NCBI GenBank assembly: GCA_013265495.1
Contig: MU057635.1
Coordinates: 62,001-120,546, forward strand
Origin: Vicugna vicugna
Lineage: Eukaryota
Reading direction: 5' to 3'
Length of the DNA stretch: 58,546 nucleotides
Shown: positions 27,301-41,801 of the stretch, piece after piece
How positions within the stretch are numbered: the first letter of the stretch is position 1
How the letters are laid out: the number at the start of each line of letters is the position of its first letter
The notes under the pieces: model-generated
Seen by the model: only the letters and a program-made list of their open reading frames with translations
What the model was told of the DNA's origin: nothing
Databases searched by the model: none
Translations under genes and position numbers: made by a program

Positions 27301-28112
27301 GCTCTGAGAGTTATATACTGCAACATGGCTCTCTGGCTGCCTGTTTGTTTTCTCAGTTGAACAGTCCAGGTTTAAATTTCAGTAGAAAACAACTCCCCAC
27401 GTGTTCCTTAAAATCTCTATTTCATATATCTTCACCAAAGAAAACTGACTTCTCAGTGCCCTCCCTCCACCTGTCCTTCATGTCATGATGCCCTTGGTGA
27501 TCATTTTAGTAAAGTTAATGCCATTGGATACCACAGGTTACCATCATCCCATGTACCAAATGATGGGTTTATATTTTGAATCTTCAAACATGAATAATTT
27601 AATACCATTTGAATTTTATCTCTTGGGACTACTTCTAAGATCAGTATCAGTTATAAACCTGGCAGATAGCAAATGGCCACTTATACTGGTTAATTTGGGG
27701 AGGGTTAAATTAAGGGCTAATTACAAAGGAATGTGGGTGTTTTGGGGAATTCCTGGTATAGTATGATAACTCTAGAACAAATAACTTCCAACAGCAGTTA
27801 CCTCCTCAGTTCCTGAAGGTGCATGAAGAGGGAGAGTTTATGTGCACTGGAGGGAGAACCTTGGAATGGGTCACCTGGCAGGACATGTGGTTGAGGTCCA
27901 GAGGTGTGGCATCTCTGCAAGACAGGAGACTAGGGAAAACCACTCTGACCTCACTGTCTTCCCTGCCTTTGACAAACACAGGCTAAACACACTAAGTAGA
28001 CAGAGAGCAAAGATGCCTGAGAGGCAGTTAATACAGCTGAGCATCCTGGAGCAGAGAGGACATTAAAAGGGTGGAGAATGGATTTGGAAACAGATGAAAG
28101 GTATTCAGCATG
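24400..28112 (-). mobile_element. Decayed ERVL-class element: internal region with integrase remnant, a nested LTR33/LTR16-like LTR (~24882-25340) and a terminal LTR40-like LTR (~27640-28112)
   Basis: Minus-strand 25860-26052 translates across a frameshift as SQPLSPHTPVHVQWAVVQSGH / WAQQHCLLTKANLSSTAVRCPKCKWQRP, like the ERVL integrase HHCC region. Paralog ~38280-40086. Boundaries approximate. Confidence 0.65.
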
Positions 28113-29379
28113 TACCAAAAATATCAGTATCACTGAATATTTGTGCTTTAATATGTAGATAATGCATATGAATATATATCACATACATGACATATATGCA
28201 CATTTATGCTTAGTCTAACTTCCATACAATTCAAGATACAATGACAATGGAAATTCTGACTGATTACATTTCACCAGGGAATTGCAGTCTAAAAAATATC
28301 TCCAATACTAAATGATACCAGTTTGTTGACATACAATTTTATTTAATTGTTTTTTTCATTATTTCCCAAAGTTATGAAATCCTAAGGGGTTGCAGGACTA
28401 CATTGTTGAAGATCTAGAAACTGATATAAAAGATTCTGGACAGGCAGACTTGATCTCTGTTGAATTCAAATGGTGATGGTGTTGCTGAGAATTTTAGGTG
28501 AGTTGTCTAATACAGATGTTATAGGTAGATGAAAATTTTTACTTATTTCTCACAATCAGCCCTAAGGTAATTTACATATTGAGATACAATAAGGGCTAAA
28601 GAAAGGGGCCCTTTTCAAATATCTTCATTAACTTCCTTGCAGTTTCTGAAACTGCTGAGAGTCACAAGAAGTAGCATTTCTCTCTACTAGAGACAAACAA
28701 AAAGAGCAATTACTATTACAGAGAAAGACAAAGGAGAAAATATAAATGCACAAGCAAGAAAACAAGGAAGCAACTATCTGGACCACTTACAAAAGATACA
28801 GCATTGTCCTCATCCCAAAAGCAACCCAAGCAGCAGGAAGAAGTAGCAGAGATTACTAGAAATTATTCCTCTAAAGTCCAAAAGATATCAAAAAAAGGTT
28901 AAATTTCTTTCAGTTTGATGGTTTTTACGAAAGCACAAAGACATATAGTGCCTTTAAGATTTCCAGACAAGAGAAACTTATCTCTAAATACAAAAAAAAA
29001 ATTGGTTTTATTAATTTTGGAAGGAAACTGCATTATTTAGCTTGAAACACAAAAACACAGTCTTAGGAAGAATAACGTGTTAGCTAGTTTGCAAACACAG
29101 CCAAATTACCACAGTGTTCTGGTTCTGATTAACACAAAACCCACCTTCAAGCCAGTTTCTACCCAAGAAAACGTATGTCCCACCTTGTTTGTGTTGGCCT
29201 TAAAATTCAAAGTAGATCTTTATATAGCTCTTATTTTTCATTGCAAACATTACCGAACACTTGCTTACATTTTTTTTACTCCTTGAGTCTTTACGACATT
29301 GCAGGCAGGACTCTTGTGATGAAGAAGAATAAGGATACAACAGATGTTTATTTCAGCATTTCACATACTTAATCTACAG

Positions 29380-29512
29380 ACAACCTGCAGTATAAGCCCT
29401 TGGGCTGCTTTAATGAAAGCTGGTTCCCAGGCCCCACCCTTAGCCTGTTGAGTTAGGAACTCTGGGCTGGGCCAGGTGAGAGTTTTATGCACTGAATTTG
29501 AGAAAATCTGGT
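29380..29512. mobile_element. MER5-like hAT-Charlie relic (paralog ~41370-41493)
   Basis: ggttcccaggccccaccc...gaactctgggctgggccagg...tttgagaaaatctg; the paralog ends tgagaaccactg. Confidence 0.55.
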
Positions 29513-30963
29513 TCCTTGAGAGTCAATGATGTCCAAGCACTGTGCTTAGTCCTTCTTTGAGTTATCTCCTTCACAAAAACCTTAAGGTGAGAGATTTTCT
29601 CCTCTTCTTACATGTAAAGAAATTGAGCCTTTACAATGTTGACTAGTGATAGAGAGTTGAATCCTTGTTAATTGCCTGAAAATCAACGCTTTTTCCATCA
29701 TACCCCAGTTCTCTAGTTTGAGTAGTCAGCTCTCATTTTTAAGGCATAATACCTATTTATTGTGACATATGAGGAAAATCTGTTCTGACATTAAAAACAC
29801 CTTCTACACAGACCTCCTACAGTTTGGCAAACAAATATTTGGTAAGGCTATTTTGTAGGCAGATTTCTTTGTTTCTTCCTATTCCTTTCTCCAAGGAACA
29901 CAACCCCCAGGGATTACTCATGCCAGAAAATGCATGTGAGATATCAAACAATTCCACTGGTGGTTTAAGGATAAAATGGCATCATTAGAAATCACCCAGA
30001 AAATTGATACTATTGATTTGTTTCTCTTTCAACTCATTCATTCATTTTTTTATTCATTTGTTCATTAAATATGTTTGTGTGTCTATTATGTGCCAGGTAA
30101 TATCTAGGCACTGGGCATATAGTAATGAACAAAGCAAACAAAAATTCCTACTTTCATGAAGTTTGCTTCCTAGTTGGCTCCAATCTCTGCATCACCCCAA
30201 TGACACAGTAAACCCTTAAAAAATGTAAATGAGGCAATACATCCTCAGGGGTAATCTTACTATGGAGGGATATTGTCCAGTTACCTTTTTATTCCTTCAT
30301 AAAATTCCTAGAAGAATATTATGAAGACTTACAAAGCAAAATACAAAGCTTTGGGGTGAAGTTTTATCAGGATGATAACGTCCTTAGAGAAACATTTTTA
30401 ATTGTGTGATCTTTCATAAAGGTCAGGGATTCTACTGATGACTTAACACGTAGCAGACAAGGATGAAAATGTTTTGCATTGATAGGACAGTCCCACCCAA
30501 AGAAAAATGTCCCACCCAAAACATCCAGTGTCTTGATGGATATGTATGCATTGCAAAAAAGATCATTACAATTAAGTGAGTTTGAAATCTACTCCACTTT
30601 ACAGATAAATGCAAAGTATATTTTGCCAGACTTTCCTAGGAATTCAAAATTGAGGGAAGATTGTCATTTGTTTTGTTTGGAGCTTTATCAAGAATAATTC
30701 ACCTTGTCAGAAAGATTACCAATGTAAATGCAACTCTTGATATTTGAGTCACTAATAGAGTCACAAAGATTCTACATTTGTGTGTATCCATTTCACTAAG
30801 TATTCTAGCATTTACATGTTTAAATGTACATTATTTTACTATAAGTCTTATGATTATTACCATATAATACTTGTATTATGAACTATCATTCTTTTTTATC
30901 ACCTTTACATTAGACTTAGAATATTTTACATACATATGCATACATATGTTTGAGGGATATAAT

Positions 30964-31290
30964 TGTGATATTGTGATTTACAAGAGGAATAAATTTGAGT
31001 CATTCAAATGACCAAAATGCATTTCTCATATATATTTGGTCTTTCACCAGGGTTCCTGGCACAGGGCTCCCCAAACTTTGAAATTTTCTAAGCTTTCACA
31101 GTGATAAAGATGTCTTTTGTCATGTGCGTGAGGTGACTTGTGGAAATCACCTAACATTAGGAGTGATCGCCAATGGCACCATGTAATTACAGAATTAAAA
31201 CTTTCATTCCAACCATGGACTCCATGGGAAAAGGGCTGAAGTTTGAACTAATCATGGATGACAGTGATTTAATCACTTGTGCCTATTTAT
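30964..31290 (+). mobile_element. MER21-like LTR, 5' part
   Basis: Begins tgtgatattgtgattta; contains atatatttggtctttcaccagggttcctggcacagggctcc. Confidence 0.7.
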
Positions 31291-32598
31291 GTGGCTGATA
31301 CTGCAATCGGTCTCAAAATGTTATATATGAACTTGCATCAAGACCACTGGGCTACTTAGGATAGAGGAAGATTCTTGGGACTCTGACCTACTAAAGTTGA
31401 TTGTCTAAAGAATAAGGCTCAGAGAGCTGGAATTTTAGTGGTATGTCAGGTGGAACGAGGACAGAGTGTGGATTCAGAAGGACCGAGTTTTAGATTATCC
31501 ATGCCCACTGATTTGCTTCATAACACATAGTGGTCAGTCTTTAGGAGGGTCTCTTTCCTAATTTTTGATCCTAAATATGCATACATTCATTAATCAGGCT
31601 TGCTGTGCACATAACAATTTGAGCAGTGGTAGTTGCCTCCTTAACACCACCAAGCTTTTTCCACAAACCCTGACATTTCAAGCATTTTAATACTGGTTCA
31701 GGTGAAGGCACTGTCTTCGAGAGTTTTTTGAGTGTAGCATAAAAAATCCTCTGCAGTCCATCTAACCTCTTTCTAACAGATACACTCTCTATACTCCAGA
31801 TGGATCTGACAGCCTTTCTGACAAACCATCCATTTCATTTCCTGCTTCTGTATCTAAATAGTTGCAGTTTCTTTTCCTTTGACAGAAACGCCTTCCTCCC
31901 ATGTGACAACAGTCCACATGTCTTCAAGCTCACATCCATGACTCTCCCTCCTGTGTGAAACCTCTCATCACACACACACAACATTTCCTTCTTTGCCCCT
32001 AGGATGCTCTCCATTCTGGCCCGCCTCCCACTGTCACTAACAATAGTTCTATCACAACCTACTGTACTTATTTGTTTATAAAAGCTTGGTTTCTTCCAAT
32101 AAACTACATATTTTTGAAGTCAAGCCCCAGACCTTTGTTCTATCACTTTCCATATTATCTGACAGAGCGCCTGGGATATAGCAAATGCTAGAGAGATATG
32201 CAGGCGTTTGGACAAATGATGAGCACTGAGAGAACTGCTCCTGAATCTTGGCTCTACAAGTCAAATTTTGTGACCTTGCATACAATCATTTCTATGTCTC
32301 ATACAGCTCAACTGTAAAATGAGAATAATCATCATATTTATGTCAAAAGATTATTGTAAATGTTAAAATGAGTTGAGTCTTTTAAAGCCCTTAGTGGAAT
32401 GTCTGATACAGACTAAGGTCTCAGTAAATTTTATTATGATATATGACACCTTTCTTATCATTTAAAAATTGGATAATGAGCTGAGGAAAAGTGATACTGA
32501 ATATATTTGTTGCCAGAGTTATCTGTATAGACACTAAGGATAACCGAAGGCCATTTTTAAAACATTGGAGTCATAGTTGAATAGATACTCAAAGATAC

Positions 32599-32632
32599 GT
32601 CTCCCGGAAGTACGCGTCTCCCAGAAGTACGC
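32599..32632 (+). repeat. 17-bp tandem duplication
   Basis: gtctcccggaagtacgc followed by gtctcccagaagtacgc. Confidence 0.9.
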
Positions 32633-34606
32633 TTGGTGTAGGGGAAAAACTGAATTTTCTAATCAGATTGCCATGTGTTTAAATTCTCACTGCACTCACT
32701 AAGTTTACCTGGGCAAGTTAATTAATTACTCTTAATCTTTTCTTCTTGTCTATCATAGAAAATTCCAATATATACTCCATAGAGTTGTTTGACAATTTTA
32801 AAAAAGTTCCAAGGAAAGTGTTCTGCAAAGAACAGTTTCTCAAAATATAGTAATTAACATCATTACTTTTTCACTCATTCTCTTCTTTTACATTGAGCAA
32901 GAATCTCCTAAATAATGTCAATGCACTTTTTGGTGACTTGCTTTTTCAGAGTCTTTCAAAGCTCTGAAACTTTGTGGTGTTTAAAGTATCAAATACACTG
33001 GCAGCTAAAGCAGTTATAAATTACCTGGATCCATGATGTGGTCCCCTGTTGGCTGTGACTGTGAGTTGCAGATAAATGTCCAGGTTTTGGGGGTGGTGAG
33101 CAGAATGTTTCGATATTCATAATCAGGATTGGCCGTAAACGTAAAATCCAAGTGACTCTGCCAGAAGATGATTTGAAAGCCACTCGGAAACATGTATCTG
33201 ATGCCACATTTAAGAACCACTCACTTAGGACAGCATCTGATTCACTCAGCATTATCCTATTTGTTTTGAGTTAAGGTATCAAAACCAGAAGGAAAAGGAC
33301 CTATGGAGTCCACAACTATCACCCCAATATCAGATATTAAAGAAGATAACTTAGTGGTTAAGTACCAGGTTTCTGGAGTAAGACGGCATCACTTACTACT
33401 TGTGTAATTACTAGCTACTCAGTAAAACTTGATATGGACATCTGTCAAATTGCTGATATGTTGTGGGAATAAATAAAATAATGCGTATGACTCACTGTAG
33501 AGTAGTTTATCAGGTCTTTCTGTTGGAAACATTCTCTTGATAAACTATATCAAATGCTTCTGATACATCAAATCAGATGAGAAGCCAAAGGAGATTATGG
33601 ATTTAGCTATGTACGGTCATTGACCTTTGATAAGGATGTCTTTAGTAGAGCAGTAGTACCAAAAGTCTAAGTGGAATAATCATATATTGATCAATATTTT
33701 ACTCAGGAAAAAATTAATTTTTTAGAATGGCATTTATTAACAATAATATTGATAGTGTTTTATGAACTAAGTGTTTTTTTATATTCCAAGGTGATGGGGA
33801 TACAAATAATCATATTCTCTGTTTTTTATTTAGCTACAAATATAGGTTGATGGGAGTTAGTGTGGATGGGGTTGTCCTTTGAGTGTTAAATAGATGTACA
33901 GTTGTTTGATATATTCCTGTCTATCCATTAAAATAGAATGGTTATAGTTATATGTGCAGAAAATCCTGAAGAAAGTGAGAGTTCCTTGTTGTTAAACACG
34001 TCACTACATCTAGTGTCTTATTCTAAGACATCTATTTTTGCTTAACTGCTATTATTAAAGAAAAAACTCCTTAATACTAAAAAATTATAAAAGCAATAAA
34101 ATTTAAAATAATGTAAATGTTTCCAGTACAGTATTATTTATATAGTATATATGAATCACTTACATTTAAAATTGACCCTTTATCATTTTTTATTGTAAGA
34201 CATGTATTAAAAAGTTTATCCTATACATACTTTTTCCCAAAATTGTGTATATATTCTCTTTTTTAATTATAATCTCATAAGTATTTTCCTCTACTTAGAT
34301 ACTGCTATGAGATATAAATTTATAATGGCTGTATGGTATTCCACTATATGGACACACTAAAAGAAAAATATTTGATTATTTAAAAAAATATATTAAAAGT
34401 AGGTAAAGTTCAGTACTTCAGATACAAACAAGTAACAATTTAAGCTAAGAAGTCACACATTTAGCAAAAAAGCAAACTGTCATTATGAAGGGGAACAAAG
34501 TATAAGAACATAGGTAAGTCCATCTTTCCTTTAGTTGAACAATTGTTCTTCACTGGAAAAAATAATTAACCAACTTCAGAAATATGGAATTGGATATTTT
34601 TAAAGT

Positions 34607-34958
34607 CATTAAACAAGGAAATCATAAGACTTAGATATCTTTTTTACCTTGGCAGCCTGTGTAAGCAAACCAAAACCAACGGCAGGCCCAATTCACTTGA
34701 ATCTGAGAAAATGAAACTTAAGAACAGCCAATCACAAACAGCCAACTAGGTTTTCCTAATATTGCAGACACTTAAACTATGGCCAATCAAACATTTTCCT
34801 TGTTTTGCCTCCACATCTACTCCATAAATACCTCTGCCCTAGCTCCTGTCTTTAGAAAAACTTCTAATGGCATTTGGTTTAGAGCTGCCTGATTTAAATT
34901 GATGCTTGTTCAAAGAAACACTTGAAAATTATAATGTGCCTAAGTTTATCTTTTAACA
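34607..34958 (+). mobile_element. Solo ERV1-class LTR (paralog of 20611-20959)
   Basis: gtaagcaaaccaaaacc, agccaatcacaaacagccaactagg, ggccaatcaaa, ...ttttaaca end. Confidence 0.6.
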
Positions 34959-35114
34959 ACATATAGTTGTAAAGTCTGAGTGGTTTTGTGGCAAAATGAA
35001 GACTCTTTCTAAAATGAGCACTTACATTGCTGGATCCTAGACTTCAATAATTGGAAGTAATACAATGCTGTATATTCTGGTATATTTTCTATTTGGAAGA
35101 CACAGTGATTCAGG

Positions 35115-35131
35115 CTCATTTTCTCTTCTAG
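35115..35131 (+). other. Splice acceptor of the OR9G1-like B coding exon
   Basis: ctcattttctcttctAG|gtgagattccctatggccATG. Confidence 0.7.
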
Positions 35132-35149
35132 GTGAGATTCCCTATGGCC

Positions 35150-36064
35150 ATGGAGAGAAGCAATCACACAGTGACTGAATTCATCCTGCTGGGCTTCACA
35201 ACAGACCCTGTGATGCAGCTGGTCCTCTTCGTCATGTTCGTTGGTGTCTAGTCTGTGACTGTGTTAGGAAACACCACCCTCATGGTGTTGATCTGTAATG
35301 ACTCAAGGCTGCACACATCCATGTATTTTTCCACTGGGAATCTGTCTTTTCTAGATCTCTGGCATTCTTCTGTCTATACTCCAAAGATCCTAGTGACCTG
35401 CATCTCTGAAGACAAGAGCATCTCCTTTGTTGGCTGTGCAGTTCAGTTCTTCTCCACTGGGCTGGTGTACAGTGAGTGTTACCTGTTGGCTGCCATGGCT
35501 TATGACTGCTATGTGGCCATCTCAAAGCCACTGCTTTACTCTCAGGCCATGCCCATTAGGCTGTGTGCATTTTTGGTAGCAGCCTCATACCTTGGTGGCT
35601 TTATTAACTCTTCCATCATTACTAAAGGAACTTTTGCCTTGAACTTTTGTAGTAACAGTATCACTGATGACTTTTTCTGTGATATCCCACCACTTGTGAA
35701 GCTGGCTTGTGGCAGGAAGGATGGCTACCAGGCTCTGATGTACTTTGTCCTGGCCTCCAATGTCATCACACTCACTGCAATCATACTCACTTCCTACCTC
35801 TTCATCATCACCTCCATCTTGAAGATCCACTCCACCCAGGGTCACCTTAAAGCCTTCTCCACCTTCTGCTCCCACCTGATCTCAGTCACCTTGTACTATG
35901 GCTCCATTCCCTACATCTATGCTCTTCCATGATTGAGCTATTCTTTGGACAGGGACAAAATAATTTCTACATTTCACACTGTGGTGTTTCCCATGTTGAA
36001 TCCCATGATCTATAGCCTGAGGAATAAGGATGTGAAAGAGGCTCTGAATAAACTCTTCAAATAA
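35150..36064 (+). pseudogene. OR9G1: OR9G1-like olfactory receptor pseudogene, copy B
   Basis: ATG at 35150 (MERSNHTVTEF); TAG at 35249-35251; one-codon deletion (QFFST vs QFFFSA); MAYDCY; TGA at 35930-35932; ends [16 protein letters not shown] at 36064. Confidence 0.93.
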
Positions 36065-39000
36065 ATGAAGATTCACTCCTTTTAATGAGATGCAAAGACA
36101 ATTTTTCATCAGGTAATTATATTTCACGAAGTGCAGCCATGATGTTCCATCATGATCAAGAATCCTCACCATGACTGTTAAAGAATTTACACTCTTGATA
36201 CCTGGCCATTCAAGACACCTAAATGAGAAAATTAAGGCAATTTGGAGGAAAAAATTTAAATAAAAAAATATAAGGATTTTAATTAAATTTCATGTTACTC
36301 TAGATTAGACACAAAGAACTTGAAACCAAAACCTCCTTTCTATCTTATTACAGTGAGAAAACAGCACACTGCTTTAGCATATGAAGGTTTTTGACTGGCT
36401 GATAATATTTAAATAGTTTTTCCTAGGAATAGAAAAAGAATGCTGAATTACTTTTCAGTTTTTTTCTATGAATATTAAGTAGTGGAATTTCCATATCCAT
36501 AACTAAATTTCTTAAGCATTTTATATATACTTTTCCTCCAGAATCATTAAGACAAAGATCCAGAGTCATCCATGAAATAATCAGTACAACTAGACTTAGC
36601 AAGCATGACCTCTTCAATCTACATCTCTTGCCCATGTTGCTCAATTAAGGAAAAAATCAGTCAAGTTCCCATAGATATGATTTTTGTGAATCACTGTGTA
36701 ACCCACTGGGCTATTCTTTTATTTTATAGTAGTGAACTTACATGGAATTCTGCTTCCAAACTGTGACTTTTTGAGCATCAAAACACAATCATTTTAATAA
36801 ATAATATTAATAATTACAGTGAGATGAAAGAACTTGAGAAATAAAAGTCTATGGGTACACATTATTCTAAAGAGAAAAAATTTATAGGGAATATGTAAAG
36901 GGAGTGATTAGGCAAGTGAGGAAATATGATGAGATGCATAAAATTTTGATTTTTAAAACTGAAACAATGTTAATGTAATGCATTTCAATAATCCTGAATA
37001 TGTCCTTATTTCTATAGGTATAAGCAGTTTAAAAAATGCAAGAAAGTAAAATGTCAGCAAGTAGTTCCCCAAAATGTAGCAACTCCACTCAGAGCAGGGA
37101 AGACTGATCAGCACAGGCAGGGATATATATTAACCTGAAATTTAAATCCAACATATATCATCACTACTTGTTGTAACACAAAGTAATCCAACAAAAGCTA
37201 GGCCCAACAGTATAACCCTAAGATGCTTGATTTAGACAATGTTCTAAAACCAAAAGCTATTTATTTATGCAGACTCTCATTTTCTAAAAGATATCTATTA
37301 CCCACTAATAATAAAAAACTTTCTATAAAATATATTCTAACTACATCATTCTATGGGGAAATGTCAGTAACAAAAATTTATGTTGGTGTAAAAAACCTAT
37401 TCTTGAAACATCCTAGCATTGTAAATCTTGATATTTAACTACAATAAGATACTCAAACTACTTGTCAAGATCTCCTACTTAAATCTTTCTAAACGAACAA
37501 ACCAAGTCCCATTCTCCAAATAATTTTCAATATACCCAGATATGGTAAATTTCATTGACCTAAATGTATAGCCATAGTATTTTGTATATGAAAAAGTAAT
37601 CTCAACACCAAAACCAAGTCTAAATAACATTACCATATCCCAGTAAAATGATAAGATACACACAATGATGATCCTAGGAAGACATTAAAAAAATGAGAAA
37701 GTAATAAAACTTTAATTAAATATATGGCATTAGTGTTTTAGAGAATGTTTTATAATATGTTTAAGTGTAAATTTGGCAGTCAGTTTTTTTTACTCACTGT
37801 TGGGAATGTTCCATGTGCAGCTTATGGTTGTAAAGCATTCAGAAGAATCTTGAACATTAATTTGAAATTGCAGCATATATTTCTAAGAGATTTTTATTAC
37901 TCAAATTACAAATGAATTTCAAAGTCTTAAATGAAAGCAGTTTCTAAACTGTGTCTTTTAGATATATGAGTTTTAATAAACATTTTTGTAAGTACAAATG
38001 TTTGTGAGTGTACTTCAGCATGCAAAAATTTCCTTGGATTTACACGTGCAATTTAAAAAAAAAAATACTTACGGCCTTTCACAGCATGTGATGGCCATTG
38101 GACATTTCTGCAGAGCAGGACTTTTGGTATCCCCAAAATTACACTATATGGAGTTTTTTTTATTCACATTCAGAGTTGTATCTGGTAAAAAAAAAAAAGG
38201 ATGTGGGCAATAGGATCCATATGGCTAAAATTTACTATAAATTCCCATTGTAATAATTACAAAGCAAACCTCTCTCTTTACCTCCCTTCTTGCATGGCTT
38301 GGTCCCTTCACACTTTCTCGGCACCTCAGTTGAATGAGAATTACCAGGTAAGTTGTCCAAATTATCTTACTGTTAGAACTGGGTCTTTGATTGTCTTGTT
38401 TTTATTTGTCTGTGGTACTTTTCCTTTGACAGAGAAGGCTAAGGAGATGCTAGGAAATGCACTGCTAAATCCCCTGGGTTCCATCCATGATAATTCTTGA
38501 TCTCATTTTACAGCCTCCAGTAATTTTTCTCTGGTGATTGGCATCAAACACCCTGCCCAGCAGAGTGACCCCTATCAGTTCAATGCAGGAGGAGCCCAGC
38601 ATGACCAGGGTACTTCCTGGATTCCAAAGTGTCAGAGCGCCTGAGGGTGTTTTGCTGGGGAAGTATTCCATCCTTGTTCACTCATGACCTCCCCTTTGAA
38701 GACCCTCAATCCTTTCCCCTCAGACAAAGAGAGGAGTTCAATGTGAGGGACTAAGATCCCTAACCAGGCTTCTTCAAGTTTTGATAAAAGCACTAATCTC
38801 AGCACTTGCCCCCAGGGAGGCAACACTGCATTTTGTATACTGTCTTAGCTGAGGAGGTCTAGGGGAAGCAACTACAGGAATTTCTACCTGAACTCCCAAC
38901 AACAGTAATCCTCATTCCATGGGTCAGGGACAGGGAGCTAAAATGAGAGTTTTGTTGTATTGTATGTAGCTATACCCAATATGATGTCTGGGTCTGGGTA

Positions 39001-41801
39001 AAAATAATCATCTACATATCTGTTCTGACTGGGCTCAATGAGAGATGCATGCAAGCCAAAACTATCTTTAAATTATTTTACGAGACCCACTGTCAAGTGT
39101 GTACCCCTGATGTTTTTCCATCACTGGAGATTAGTGTTAATTCAGAGTCAGTATTCAATAACCCACAGAAGATCTAGATATTTACCTTTTCCCCAGATAA
39201 GATTACTGTCATAAATGGTTGCTAGCCATTCACAAGAAGCCTTGGAAGAAGATGTACAGTGTACACATTGGCTAAGTTTCAAGATTCTTCCTCAAAGGAT
39301 CCATGTTTCCCCATCAGTTCAAGTTTTCAGTGGCTGTAAACTAGCTCAGCCTGGAGAATTATCAAGGAGTGGCATTTCCCTCCTGGACCATCTTGAGCTA
39401 GAGTTTATCCAAGTAAAGACAGATATTTTTTCCTTACAAGAAAAATATCACCTTTGTTGTTTTCTTAGCTACTTCATTCCATAAGAATCACCTAATCCAT
39501 GAGACACTGCCATGAGTATCTGAACAACAAAATATTTGTTTATGATTTAGGGTTTGTGGCACATTGGAAAATTGCTCCCTTCTTGTCTCTGGAAGTTAAA
39601 TATTGCAATACGGCTTTCTGCCTGCCTGTTTCTTTTCTTCCATTGGATAGTCCAGATTTAAATTTCAACAAAAGCCAACTTACCAAAAGATACGTATAAT
39701 TTCTATTTGTATCCCAAGAAATAGTGTACTAACCCTAGAACTAATAACTTTGGAGAGTGTTACTTCTCTATTCTTGATGGTGTAAGAACAGAGTGAGGTT
39801 ATACGCTCTGGAGAGAGAGCTTGCAAATGGGTCACTTGGCAGGAGCTATGGTCTAGGTCCAGGGATGCAGACATCTGTGATATCTTTGCAAAAAAACAGG
39901 ACAGAGAAAAATCACTCTGACCTCACTTACTTCCTCACCAGTGACAACCACTGGTTACACCCATTAAGCAGACAGAGCACAAAGGAACCTACTGATACAG
40001 TTAAGACAGCTGATCATCCTGAAGCAAAGAGCAGGTTAAAAGTGTAGAGAATGGATTTGGAAGAACAAAAGAATTGTATTCAACAGCTAATAAAGATATC
40101 AGCATTACTGAACGTGTATGCTTTAATATGCAAATATATGCATATAAATGTATAGTATACACAAGCGTGTGCACATATGTTTATTATGTCTTCTACATAA
40201 CTAGAGAGAATGGCAATGGATATTGTGACATTACATTTCAACAGGGAATTGTAGTCTCAAAAAATATATATTTCCCATCATTGAATAATACCCAATTTGT
40301 CAACATGCAATGTTATTTAATTGTCCTGTTAGTTATTAACAAAGCCCAGGAAATCCTAAGGGGCTGCAGGAAGCACAACCCTGGGGATTCAGAAACTGGC
40401 ATAAAAGATTCTGGGACAGGCAGATTTGAACCCTGTTGAGGTGATGATGTTGCTGAGAATTTTAGGTAAGTTGACCAATTCAGATGCTACAGTTAGATGG
40501 AAAATGTTACCTGTTCCTCACAACCTGTTTTAAGATCTTTCACATACTAAGATACAATATGTGCCAATGAAAGGGAATCTTTTGAAATATCTTCACCATC
40601 TTCCTACTGAAGTTTCTGAAACTTCTGAGAGTTCACATGAAGAAGTAGCACTTTTCATTATTAGAGACAAAAATATCCATTAATATTGCAAAATAAGACA
40701 AGGGATGACAGAAAGAAATAATAATTACCTAAATACACCAAAAAAACAAACAAGCAAGCTACTATCAGGAACCACTTACAAAATAAGCAGCATTGTTAAT
40801 ATCGCAAGGGCAACTGAGGTAACAGGATGAAGCAGCAGTGATTACTTGAGGTTATTTTTCTTAAGGCCAAAAGACATCCCAAAAAGTTCAAATTTCTTTC
40901 AGTTTAATATTCTTTAAGACAGCACAAAGGCATATGGCATTTTTGAGAAGAATTCCAGCCAAGAGAAGCTTCTCTCTAAATATAAAAGGTTATATTTTAA
41001 TAGTTTTGAAAGAAAAGTGCATTGTTTAATTTGACACAGAAATATATCCTTAGGAAGGACAACATGTCAGCTACTTAGCAAACACAGCTGGATTGCCACA
41101 GTGTTCTGGCTCTGGTTAACAAACACAGAACTCAGTTCTTCGAGTCAGTCCCTGCCCAGGGAAATGTGTGCCCCATCTTTTCCTGTGTTGGTGTCAGGAT
41201 TCAAAGTAGCTCTGTCTGTAGCTTCCCTTTTAAAATATGAACGTGAAACACATCTTTGCATTTGTTAACTCTTTGAGTCTTCACAACATTAAAATGGAGA
41301 CAGGACTCCTGATATGAAGAAAAACAAGGAAACAACTGATATTTATTCCAGCATCTCTCAGACTTCATCCGCATACAAGCCCTCAGGCTGCTTCAGTGGA
41401 AGCTGGTTCCTGGGCCCCACCACCAGCCTGCTGAGTTAGGAGCTCTGGGCTGGGCCAGGTGAATGCCATGGGCATGACATCTGAGAACCACTGGTTACTT
41501 GAGTGTCTACGATGTGCCAGGCACTGTGCTTAGTCCTCCCTTGAGTTATCTCAGTAACAACACACCATAGGAGGGATAAGTTATCCTTGCTTCATATATA
41601 AAGAAATTGAGCCTTTACAAAGTTGACTAGTGATGGAGAAGTGGAATCCTTGTTAATTGCCTGAAAGTCAATTTTTTTCATAGTATCCAAGCTGTCTCTG
41701 GTTTAAACAGTCAGCTCTGATTTCTAGAGCAGGCTTCCTATATCCATCGTGGCATATTATAACAGTAAGTCTGTTGCTGACCTGAAAAGCTTCTTTTACA
41801 C

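Larger units (their letters stand above)
15600..30312 (+). repeat. Segmental duplication, copy A (contains OR9G1-like A)
   Basis: Colinear homology to 31450-42756, e.g. 15781 gccttgctctgcacat vs ~31597 ggcttgctgtgcacat, 24395 vs 38281, and ~30286 tttttattccttca vs 42730. Ends are approximate. Confidence 0.9.

Noticed and set aside
35255..35932. 225-aa ORF as a functional truncated OR
   Set aside because: Non-ATG start after a stop codon, lacks most of TM1 and all of TM7, and has DCY in place of DRY.
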